Positions 9,032 through 17,325 of a DNA stretch of 64,000 nt are shown here, piece after piece. This stretch comes from Sedimentisphaerales bacterium (GTDB lineage: Bacteria; Planctomycetota; Phycisphaerae; Sedimentisphaerales; SM23-30). Position 1 is the first letter of the stretch; each line of letters starts with the position of its first letter. The DNA is taken from the NCBI GenBank assembly GCA_963663965.2, contig CAXXFK010000016.1, positions 1 to 64,000 on the forward strand. Reading direction: 5' to 3'. The notes beneath the pieces are model-generated. The model searched no databases, was not told the origin of the DNA, and was given only the letters and a program-made list of their open reading frames with translations. The translations under genes were made by a program, and so were the position numbers.

Positions 9032-10558
9032 TCAATCAATCCCGACCTCATGCTTTTTCTCAATTTTCCAGATAATACCATGCTCTTTTAATTCATAATG
9101 ATCCAGCAAAAACCGGGGCAATGATCCCCACTGTTTATAAAGAACATATACCGGACGGCGACTGATAAGATCTGCTAATATAGCCGGATCTTCCAGCGGC
9201 GAATTCTCATTAAAAACATGACTGGAGTATAATGTAACTCCCGGTTTTTCTCCCAGAACGGTTTGCACGTACCATAAAGTATAAACCGGGGTTGAATCGG
9301 CCAGAATCACTGCGTTGTCTTCCACCAGTCCCATCACCGTCTTTCCATACTGTAACGGGCCATCATACCCGGTCTGCCAGGGCCGCAGAAAATGAGTATA
9401 TTCATTGCGAAATGGAATACTCCGGCGCGTTCCCAACTTGATATTGTATGCCTTGGCGATCGGCGGTACCGCGGCATAAACTCCCACCGGCATCAAACAC
9501 AATAGGACTAATACCCATTTAACGGCAGGCCGGTTAAATCTGGCTAGAAATTGCTTGGCGCCGTATCCAATAACCACTCCCGCTACGCAATAAAATGGAA
9601 TAAAAAAAGCATATCGATCCGGAACCGTATATCGAAAAGCAAACCCATAAAACAGGACTGCCAGCAGCACAATCAATAAATGCCAGCGACTTTCTCGCCA
9701 GTGTCGCAACAACCCCCAAAACCCAGTCAATAATAAAATCAAAGCCGGTGAACAGAAACATAAGCCCAGAAATAAAAAATTCTCGATTACTAGCTTGGGC
9801 GTAATATGATTATTCAAAACTGCCCCCCCCCAGCTATCCCCAAAGGCCGCCGACATGAGAGTGGCGCCCAAGTCACCAGTCGTAAGATATCTATTCACAA
9901 TAAGATATAAATAAATACCCGCGCCGGCCGCCCATAACAATACCGCACCCGGCACAATTCGCCAGGACAATTCTTTTTTAATTAATAAAAATATCAGATA
10001 ACAGAAATAACAAAATAATGGGATCGAGGCAAACATATGATTGGATAATGAAATACCATTCATCAAGGCCAACCAGTAAACATAACAGGTTTTCCGTGTG
10101 GAAATGTACAAATAGAGAAATATCAATTCAGTCATAAAAGTCGCTGAGTAAAGGGTATAATCTTCAGCGATACAACAGTGCTGCCAGAACGTCCAGGATA
10201 ACCCCAGTGCCATAGTGCCGATAACAGCAGCTACAGCAGTTTTTAGCCATAATCTCAATAATAAATATAAGTTAGCTACTGCCACGGCTCCAAAAACCGC
10301 TGAAATCAGATTGATCTTATGAGCATACTCCCCAAATGGAATCGCCTTGGTTGCAATCCCTATGAGGTGATACAAAGGGTGGGCCAGCGCCAGACCAATC
10401 CGGCCAACAATATCGTTATTCCAGATTCGATACTGGTATAATCCGCTATCCTGCCACAGGATACCCGGTGCGCAGGTAAAACCGTATAAAATCAGAAATA
10501 TAGCCAGTACCAGGCTATATTCTCTGAAAATTGGCTGTTTTTGCGTAAAGTCTTTCAA
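9032..10558 (-). CDS. DUF2723/TMEM260-like multi-TM GT-C glycosyltransferase
   Basis: About 11 hydrophobic segments; WQDSG, AHPLY, IAEDY and SNH motifs. TTG start. Confidence 0.7.
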   Translation of the reverse strand: MKDFTQKQPIFREYSLVLAIFLILYGFTCAPGILWQDSGLYQYRIWNNDIVGRIGLALAHPLYHLIGIATKAIPFGEYAHKINLISAVFGAVAVANLYLLLRLWLKTAVAAVIGTMALGLSWTFWQHCCIAEDYTLYSATFMTELIFLYLYISTRKTCYVYWLALMNGISLSNHMFASIPLFCYFCYLIFLLIKKELSWRIVPGAVLLWAAGAGIYLYLIVNRYLTTGDLGATLMSAAFGDSWGGAVLNNHITPKLVIENFLFLGLCFCSPALILLLTGFWGLLRHWRESRWHLLIVLLAVLFYGFAFRYTVPDRYAFFIPFYCVAGVVIGYGAKQFLARFNRPAVKWVLVLLCLMPVGVYAAVPPIAKAYNIKLGTRRSIPFRNEYTHFLRPWQTGYDGPLQYGKTVMGLVEDNAVILADSTPVYTLWYVQTVLGEKPGVTLYSSHVFNENSPLEDPAILADLISRRPVYVLYKQWGSLPRFLLDHYELKEHGIIWKIEKKHEVGID

Positions 10559-10633
10559 TACATCGCTCCTGATTTGACGATAATGTTTTTGTCTCTAATA
10601 ATTTATATATCGACAAATTGCAAATAAGGATAA

Positions 10634-11155
10634 ATGTCTATGACTGAAAATATTTCACAGGATTCGTGTGGTTGCGGGTGTAGCTGTGGTGGACTCGGCG
10701 GGAATAAAAAAGGCGGATGGATCATCTTCCTGCTGGCCCTGGGATTCATTCTTTACGTCATTTTCAATAGTAATACGAAACAATTGAACTGGATTACGGA
10801 CTATCAACAGGGTCTTAAGATGGCACGGGAACAGAACAAGCCTCTTATGTTGACCTTTGTCTCCGATTCCGTTCAATTCTGTCAGGATATGCGAGCGAAT
10901 ACCTATCCAGACAAAGATGTTATCCGTTATGTCACGGATACGTTTATTCCTGTCCTGATCAATGCCGACCAGGAAAAATTAATTTTAGATCAGTATCGAG
11001 ATGAAGTGGATAATTACTATCCTTCTCATGTCATAAAATATGTGGATAAAGCGCCCAGCCGAACGGTCTTGGGATACAAAACGCCTAAAGATTTCATCCA
11101 GAAACTTCAAGAAGCGCTTGCCGCCGTCGACGCGGCTATCCAGGAAGGCAGCTAG
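10634..11155 (+). CDS. Membrane-anchored thioredoxin-fold protein lacking CxxC
   Basis: TM segment then WITDYQQGLKMAREQNKPLMLTF...C..M and FIPVLINAD, typical of the Thioredoxin_7/DUF255-like fold. Confidence 0.65.
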   Translation: MSMTENISQDSCGCGCSCGGLGGNKKGGWIIFLLALGFILYVIFNSNTKQLNWITDYQQGLKMAREQNKPLMLTFVSDSVQFCQDMRANTYPDKDVIRYVTDTFIPVLINADQEKLILDQYRDEVDNYYPSHVIKYVDKAPSRTVLGYKTPKDFIQKLQEALAAVDAAIQEGS

Positions 11156-11233
11156 ACTTCATCTGGGCGCACTCCGTCCCCGTCAGCGTGTCATTTGCCC
11201 ATTTTCAGCATTGAAACGATCGGAACCGATTAA

Positions 11234-11788
11234 TCAAGGTTCTACTGATTCAAGCAGATCGGAGTCGATCTCTACAGCCGCAGCCTGGCCTAACATTTCT
11301 ACGTTGATCACGATTCGGGTAATGTTCTTTTTATGTATCACTATCCCTTCCAAACCCATCAACGCGCCCGCTTTGACCCGGCAGCGAACACCTTCCTTTA
11401 AGTAAGGATGCGGATCGATTGGCGCGTCACAGGAAATGGCCTTATGGATCGAAGCCAGTTCGGTGATCAGGACAGGCTGGTTCGCTACTGGAATCACATT
11501 GGCGATTCGATTAGTTGTCAACGCTTTATAACGATCTTCATCATCGCCATTAAAAAAAAGATAGCCCTTAAACAGTGGCACCAGCGATTTTAATACCCGT
11601 CCCCGGTTCCGGGATACATGAGATACCAAAGGTAAAAAAAAGGGAATTTCCCATTTATGCAGTGACCAGGCCAGGGATTTCTCGTTACGACTTTTCGTAT
11701 GGGCTACCCACCAACACCCCTTATTAATATCCTCTAAAGGGATTTTTTCCGGATAGAGTATCGGGGGATTGTCACTTAATTTCATCAT
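11234..11788 (-). CDS. UpxY/RfaH-type NusG-paralog transcription antiterminator
   Basis: WWVAHTKSRNEK, PLFKGYLF, and a KOW motif (GVRCRVKAGALMGLEG). Confidence 0.85.
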   Translation of the reverse strand: MMKLSDNPPILYPEKIPLEDINKGCWWVAHTKSRNEKSLAWSLHKWEIPFFLPLVSHVSRNRGRVLKSLVPLFKGYLFFNGDDEDRYKALTTNRIANVIPVANQPVLITELASIHKAISCDAPIDPHPYLKEGVRCRVKAGALMGLEGIVIHKKNITRIVINVEMLGQAAAVEIDSDLLESVEP

Positions 11789-11927
11789 GCAAAATACGAT
11801 TCCTTTCCAGGCTTTCTAATCAACGGTACGATCCAGATTCCTTTCCGGTTCGCCGTTCGTAACTACTGAAATAACAATATTATGCACAATATTTTTCAAT
11901 TGCAAATTAAAACTTGGTTTCCCAACC

Positions 11928-12602
11928 ATGAATATACTTGCATTCGTGGCAAAGGTTTATGACAATTCTGGCATGAAAACGGTATACCATGCTGTCAAAC
12001 GTATCTTCGACCTGATTGCGACACTACTACTTCTTCCATTAATCATTATATTTACTGTAGTTATCGCCGTAGCTATTTTGCTTACCGATGGCAGACCCGT
12101 TTTTTTCTCCCAGGAACGTGCTGGAAAAGCCATGAAACCTTTCAAATTATTCAAATTCCGATCTATGCGCGTCAATGCTGATCCTTTCGGTCCCTCACCC
12201 AAAGATGGTGAAGATCCGCGTATTACCCCTGTCGGAAAATGGTTGCGACTTACATCGCTGGACGAACTCCCACAGTTTATTAATGTCTTTCTCGGCCAGA
12301 TGACTCTGATTGGCCCACGCCCCCTGTACATGGATCAGGCCCGGGAATGGAATGAACGCCAGCGCCGTCGACTGGAAGTCAAACCTGGATTAACCGGACT
12401 GGCACAAATCAGCGGCCGTGGCAGCCTCACCATAGAAGAAAAACTCGAACTGGATGTCAACTATGTCGAGCAAGAGAATCCCTGGCTGGATATAAAAATT
12501 CTTTTCGTAACCGCTTTCAAGATCATTGTCCCATCGGATATCTACGAGAAACAATATTCTAAAATGCAAAAAACACGCGGTGACAAGGAGAACGAATCCT
12601 GA
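11928..12602 (+). CDS. Priming sugar (phosphoglycosyl) transferase, PglC/Bac_transf family
   Basis: KRIFD, FKFRSM, DPRITPVG, SLDELPQ, GPRP, KPGLTG. Alternative start at 11973. Confidence 0.9.
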   Translation: MNILAFVAKVYDNSGMKTVYHAVKRIFDLIATLLLLPLIIIFTVVIAVAILLTDGRPVFFSQERAGKAMKPFKLFKFRSMRVNADPFGPSPKDGEDPRITPVGKWLRLTSLDELPQFINVFLGQMTLIGPRPLYMDQAREWNERQRRRLEVKPGLTGLAQISGRGSLTIEEKLELDVNYVEQENPWLDIKILFVTAFKIIVPSDIYEKQYSKMQKTRGDKENES

Positions 12603-14497
12603 TGTGCGGGATAGCCGGCATAGTCGACTTCAATCAGACCATTCTTAATCCAGAATCGAAACCGGTATTACTCGCGATGGCCCGGACTCTGGCCCATCGC
12701 GGGCCGGATGATGAAGGAGTCTATCTGGCGCCTGATTGCATGGCAGGGCTGGCGCATCGCCGTTTATCGGTCATCGATCTGAATACCGGACACCAGCCTC
12801 TGTGCAATGAAGAGGGTTCCATCTGGATCGTTTACAATGGCGAATGCTATAACTTCATGCAATTACGCCGCCGGTTGTGTGATCAGGGCCATATTTTCAA
12901 AACCCAATCGGATACCGAAGTCATCATCCATCTTTATGAAGAGGAAGGCCCCGATTGCGTTAAATTCCTGCGTGGCATGTTTGCTTTTGCAATCTGGAAT
13001 GAAAAAGACCAGACCCTGTTCCTGGCCCGGGACCGCTTCGGGCAAAAGCCCCTCTATTTCTCCATCATGGATGGCTGCATCCGATTCGGATCTGAATGCA
13101 AAGCCATCTTACAGGATGCTACCTTCCCTCGCCAGGCCAACATGAACGCCATTGCGGAATACTTGTTGCTGGGATATATTCGCGCCCCGGAAACAGCTTT
13201 TCTCGATATCCATCAACTCCCACCCGCCCATCACCTGACTTTAACCCGCAATACCTGTCATATTGCCCGCCCCGTCTGTTACTGGACGATTCCCGGACCG
13301 GATTCTCATAATAGCCGACAGGTCATTTCGATGCAAAAAGCCGCAGAACAGGTTCAGGCCACCTTGACCGAAGCGGTTCAACTTCGGATGATCAGTGATG
13401 TCCCACTGGGCGCATTCCTCTCCGGCGGGATCGACTCCTCTTGTATTGCCGCTCTGATGACCAGGATCAGTAACCAGCCCATCGAAGCCTGTTCGATTGG
13501 ATTCAATGAAGGGCTGTACAATGAATTGCTTTGGGCGCGGCAATCCGCTGATTACATCGGCGCCAATCTGCATGAAGAAACCGTCCGGCCGGATATTGCC
13601 GATACGGTCGAAAAACTGGCCCGTCATTACGATGAGCCCTTTGCGGACAGTTCAGCGCTACCCACCTGGTATCTATCGCAAATGACACGCCGTCATGTCA
13701 CCGTCGCGCTGACTGGCGACGGCGGGGATGAACTGTTCGGCGGCTATAATCGCTATAAAGCGATCGCCCACGCCAGACTGCTGCAAAGCAATGTCTTGAT
13801 TCACTGGATCGCCAATCTCAAACTCTGGCGCACCCTTAAGACTCCCGAACACCATTCCTTTATCCGTCACCTTAAACGATTTTTCACTGCCTTGAATCTA
13901 CCCCCTGACAAACAATACCTGCAATGGATATCCGTCTTCGATCCCGCCCTGGTTCGCAATCTGCTGGCCGATACGCCACCCTTGTCAGAACTGAATCCAA
14001 CAGCGGAATTCATGGATTGCCCCCATCCGCACGCCTACCTCAATCAGGCCCTCTACTTCGATGCCACCAGCTATCTGCCCTCCGACTTGAACACCAAAAT
14101 CGATCGGGCGTCCATGGCTTTTGGACTCGAACTGCGCAGCCCGTTTCAGGATCATCTTCTGGTCGAATTGGTTAACCGCTTACCGCTGGAATACCGCCAT
14201 GATGGTTCGTCCGGTAAGCGCATTTTGAAATTAATCTGCCAAAATTTAATCCCCGCTCCGATTATCAAACGTCCAAAAATGGGCTTTGGCGTTCCCGTTG
14301 GCGCCTGGTTCAGAACTTCCCTCAAATCGCTCTTCCATGACATGGTGCTATCGAACCATGCCCGCTGCCACCGTATTCTGAATCGTTCCCGGATCCAATC
14401 CCTATTCACTGAACACAACGCCGGCCGGGAAGATCATGGTCATCGCCTGTGGGCGCTGCTCATGCTGGAATTATGGATGCGACAGTATCTATCCTGA
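12602..14497 (+). CDS. asnB: Asparagine synthase-like glutamine amidotransferase (polysaccharide-associated)
   Basis: MCGIAG, HRGPD, HRRLSVID, FLSGGIDSS, TGDGGDELFGGY, KMGFGVP. Confidence 0.88.
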   Translation: MCGIAGIVDFNQTILNPESKPVLLAMARTLAHRGPDDEGVYLAPDCMAGLAHRRLSVIDLNTGHQPLCNEEGSIWIVYNGECYNFMQLRRRLCDQGHIFKTQSDTEVIIHLYEEEGPDCVKFLRGMFAFAIWNEKDQTLFLARDRFGQKPLYFSIMDGCIRFGSECKAILQDATFPRQANMNAIAEYLLLGYIRAPETAFLDIHQLPPAHHLTLTRNTCHIARPVCYWTIPGPDSHNSRQVISMQKAAEQVQATLTEAVQLRMISDVPLGAFLSGGIDSSCIAALMTRISNQPIEACSIGFNEGLYNELLWARQSADYIGANLHEETVRPDIADTVEKLARHYDEPFADSSALPTWYLSQMTRRHVTVALTGDGGDELFGGYNRYKAIAHARLLQSNVLIHWIANLKLWRTLKTPEHHSFIRHLKRFFTALNLPPDKQYLQWISVFDPALVRNLLADTPPLSELNPTAEFMDCPHPHAYLNQALYFDATSYLPSDLNTKIDRASMAFGLELRSPFQDHLLVELVNRLPLEYRHDGSSGKRILKLICQNLIPAPIIKRPKMGFGVPVGAWFRTSLKSLFHDMVLSNHARCHRILNRSRIQSLFTEHNAGREDHGHRLWALLMLELWMRQYLS

Positions 14498-14632
14498 TAA
14501 TCATCTGGGGGAATGGCCCCTGCCCCTGCAAATCTCAAAAATCACACTGAATATCCAGATATTTACGGCATGTCACCCCATAAATTTTACGAAAATCGAG
14601 TTTCCCCGCCATCCAAACCGATATGATATGAT

Positions 14633-15241
14633 ATGGTAACTAAACTGGAAGAATACGACAAATACCAACACTATTACGAAGAATATTATCGAAAACGAAA
14701 ATTTGGCAATACCGGTCTCATTAATAAACTGCCCCGCAAACCGATCCAACCCAGGAAAATCGGCTGGCAATATCTAGCTGTGATTCTATTGCTTTTAGTA
14801 CTGTTGTTGATGGTAATTTTTCTGTATCACCGGGAACAAAATTGGAATACCTTTAATATCGAAAATATGGGAAACGTCCTGGCAGGTAAGGTTACTTCCA
14901 CGAAAGAAATACAGCCACCGTTATCGGACCGTGAAGTCAGGTTATGCACAAACTTTAATTGTCGTGTTTACAACTCTCCCTGGCGGCATTCCTACGTCAC
15001 GGTTGACCTCTATTTGAAAACTGATCCCAAACTGCGCGAACAGGATAACGAAATCGCCCTTAAAGATGAACTGATGATCAAGGACATTGTACGCGATGTT
15101 GTATCTGGCGCTGATCTATACAAAATCAAAGACCCACACCTGACCGATATTCGCCAACAACTTGAAAGTAAACTGGGAGAAATCTGGGGGCGCAATCTGT
15201 CAGATCAATTACTGATTCCCCAATGGAAAATGCACTTCTGA
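14633..15241 (+). CDS. Single-TM FliL-like protein
   Basis: Basic N-terminus, one TM, then a C-terminal pattern (IKDIVRDVV...DPHLTDIRQQL) resembling FliL. Confidence 0.45.
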   Translation: MVTKLEEYDKYQHYYEEYYRKRKFGNTGLINKLPRKPIQPRKIGWQYLAVILLLLVLLLMVIFLYHREQNWNTFNIENMGNVLAGKVTSTKEIQPPLSDREVRLCTNFNCRVYNSPWRHSYVTVDLYLKTDPKLREQDNEIALKDELMIKDIVRDVVSGADLYKIKDPHLTDIRQQLESKLGEIWGRNLSDQLLIPQWKMHF

Positions 15242-15302
15242 TCCGTTTCAAACCTGAGGTTGAAATAGAAATTGCTGTTTTTATTATGAACAGAGAAAAA
15301 TC

Positions 15303-16352
15303 CTATTCAACTATTTTTACCAGGCTCTTTCCCTCCTGCAGCATATCGTACAGAACTTCAACCTCTTTGTTCAGCATACGAATACAACCCCGGCTGGCAG
15401 GTTTACCGATTTTCTCCGGTTCTATGGTACCATGGATGCCAAAACCCGTCTGGTTCAGCGCGTTTCCTTCTATGCCATCTAATCCGATCCACCGTTCCCC
15501 GAGAGGATTCAATGGATCATCCGGATAAAACTTCTTACCCGTATCGGGATCGGTCCATTCCGGATTGATTAATTTGGAGTTAGCCCTGACTCTCCAGACC
15601 CCGGTGGGAGTATCCCGGCCAGGTAATCCGATCGAAATCTGATACGAACAGACAAACGTTTCACCCAGGTAGATATCAATCACGCATTGCGATTTGTCAA
15701 CCATGGCGTGAAAAGGTCCATTGATCACCTTGATATTTTGATTGGCCCGGAGTTTGGTTTCGTCTCTGATGTTATTTATACGCATGATAAATTGATAAGG
15801 AACACCATATTTCCTGCCAATAGCTTTAAGGTTGTCGCCAGATACAACCTTGTAGGAACCACATAATGGATCATTTTCAAAGCGATTCAGAGAAAATAAC
15901 CACATCTTGGCGGACTGATTCAGTTTTTCCCGTATCTGGTTTTGAACCTCCTCGGGTAATGTCGGGGCGTAAGCCTGATTCAGCAATATCCTGGCTTTGA
16001 TCGGATCATTGGCGGCCAGTGCCTTGTCCGCCTGTCCCAGCAACTCTTTCAATTTCGATACCGCCGGATCGACGGCAGGTATTGGAGGCGAAGATTCGAT
16101 CGGAGGGATAACCGGGAGAAGGTTAGTATCAGAATCTTCAGTTTCATTCGTATTTTGCGGCAGTGTTATCTCTGGATCTTTCAATGGCGCCGCCTGGGCA
16201 GTTGTATTACCACCAGGGAGTGAACCCTCCTGACTTCTTAGGTCAATAATCTTCCATACTGCGCCGCCAATGGCAGCGATGACTATCCCGAATAAAATCA
16301 TTTTTCTTGCAGAAAATGTGTTGTTCTTTTTATAAAAACTTCGTTTGGCCAT
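15303..16352 (-). CDS. LysM-containing L,D-transpeptidase (YkuD family)
   Basis: N-terminal TM; LysM YKVVSGDNLKAIGRKY; NPLGERWIGL, GIHGT, SRGCIRM. Confidence 0.9.
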   Translation of the reverse strand: MAKRSFYKKNNTFSARKMILFGIVIAAIGGAVWKIIDLRSQEGSLPGGNTTAQAAPLKDPEITLPQNTNETEDSDTNLLPVIPPIESSPPIPAVDPAVSKLKELLGQADKALAANDPIKARILLNQAYAPTLPEEVQNQIREKLNQSAKMWLFSLNRFENDPLCGSYKVVSGDNLKAIGRKYGVPYQFIMRINNIRDETKLRANQNIKVINGPFHAMVDKSQCVIDIYLGETFVCSYQISIGLPGRDTPTGVWRVRANSKLINPEWTDPDTGKKFYPDDPLNPLGERWIGLDGIEGNALNQTGFGIHGTIEPEKIGKPASRGCIRMLNKEVEVLYDMLQEGKSLVKIVE

Positions 16353-16466
16353 CCCTAGCTCCATTACATCATATAGGTTACATAAATCATCGCTATTTCA
16401 GTATTAATATAACATCAAACTATCCGTTATCTGCCGGTGTAAATATCTTAGCCTTCCTCAAACAAT

Positions 16467-16494
16467 AAACCGGGCACCTTGATCCCCGGTTTTT
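16467..16494. terminator. Possible bidirectional intrinsic terminator
   Basis: AAACCGGG...CCCGGTTT stem with T-rich tails on both strands. Confidence 0.45.
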
Positions 16495-16667
16495 GAACTT
16501 AATTCGGAAGTTTCTAATACATTAAACAAGCATGCATAAAGAGCCATCGCTCAATTTAAAATATTAGACGAAATAAAAATGTTTCAAAAGGGAAATTTTT
16601 AGCAGAAATGTAAAATTTTAACCGATCCGGTACTGCCTGACGCAATCACTTGACATTAAAGACCTTA

Positions 16668-17252
16668 TCAATTTTGAGCCAGAGATCTGCCAAATCGGCG
16701 AACCTGTTGATCGGTAATTAATAAATCCATCGGAATGTCATGATCATGTGTTGGAACCGACTCAACGACTTGTCTTTCCAATGTATAACCGCATCGAACA
16801 GTATGAAAGCCCGGTTTTTCGAAGAATCGATCATAAAATCCGCCTCCCCGGCCAAGTCGATTTCCTGCCAGATCGAATGCCAATCCAGGCACCAGCACCA
16901 GATCGATATGTTCTGCAGGGTATTCAATTTGTTTCACCGGCATGACCAGACCATGACGATCTTTATGGAATTCACTTTCCAGAGAGTCCAGAACCAGGGG
17001 GATCAAACGTCTGACATCCCAGACTACTTTGGGCACCAAAACGGTTTTATGATCGGTTATGGCTTTCTTAATCGCATAGGACGTTGCAATCTCATTATGC
17101 ATTGACATAAACACCATGATGGTTTGGGCCGCTCGATATTCGGGCGTATGGGTTAACAACTGGCAGGCTTTTTGGCCGGCGTCATCAAATATTCCTGCTG
17201 AAACAGTAGTTAGTAAATCATATATCTGTTTACGTTGTCTGATCTTCGGCAT
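16668..17252 (-). CDS. ygfA: 5-formyltetrahydrofolate cyclo-ligase
   Basis: DLVLVPGLAFD, RLGRGGGFYDR, HDIPMD. Confidence 0.9.
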   Translation of the reverse strand: MPKIRQRKQIYDLLTTVSAGIFDDAGQKACQLLTHTPEYRAAQTIMVFMSMHNEIATSYAIKKAITDHKTVLVPKVVWDVRRLIPLVLDSLESEFHKDRHGLVMPVKQIEYPAEHIDLVLVPGLAFDLAGNRLGRGGGFYDRFFEKPGFHTVRCGYTLERQVVESVPTHDHDIPMDLLITDQQVRRFGRSLAQN

Positions 17253-17271
17253 CGGATTTCAACTATGAATC

Positions 17272-17299
17272 AAAAAAAAGCCGGCCCCAAAGCCGGCTT
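17272..17299 (-). terminator. Intrinsic terminator after wzc
   Basis: Minus strand AAGCCGGC-TTTGGG-GCCGGCTT followed by a T-run. Confidence 0.75.
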
Positions 17300-17325
17300 A
17301 TCCGTTATAAACTTATTGATTATTG

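Noticed and set aside
17253..17325. 6S RNA upstream of ygfA, a common arrangement
   Set aside because: Only about 70 bp are available and they contain a terminator.
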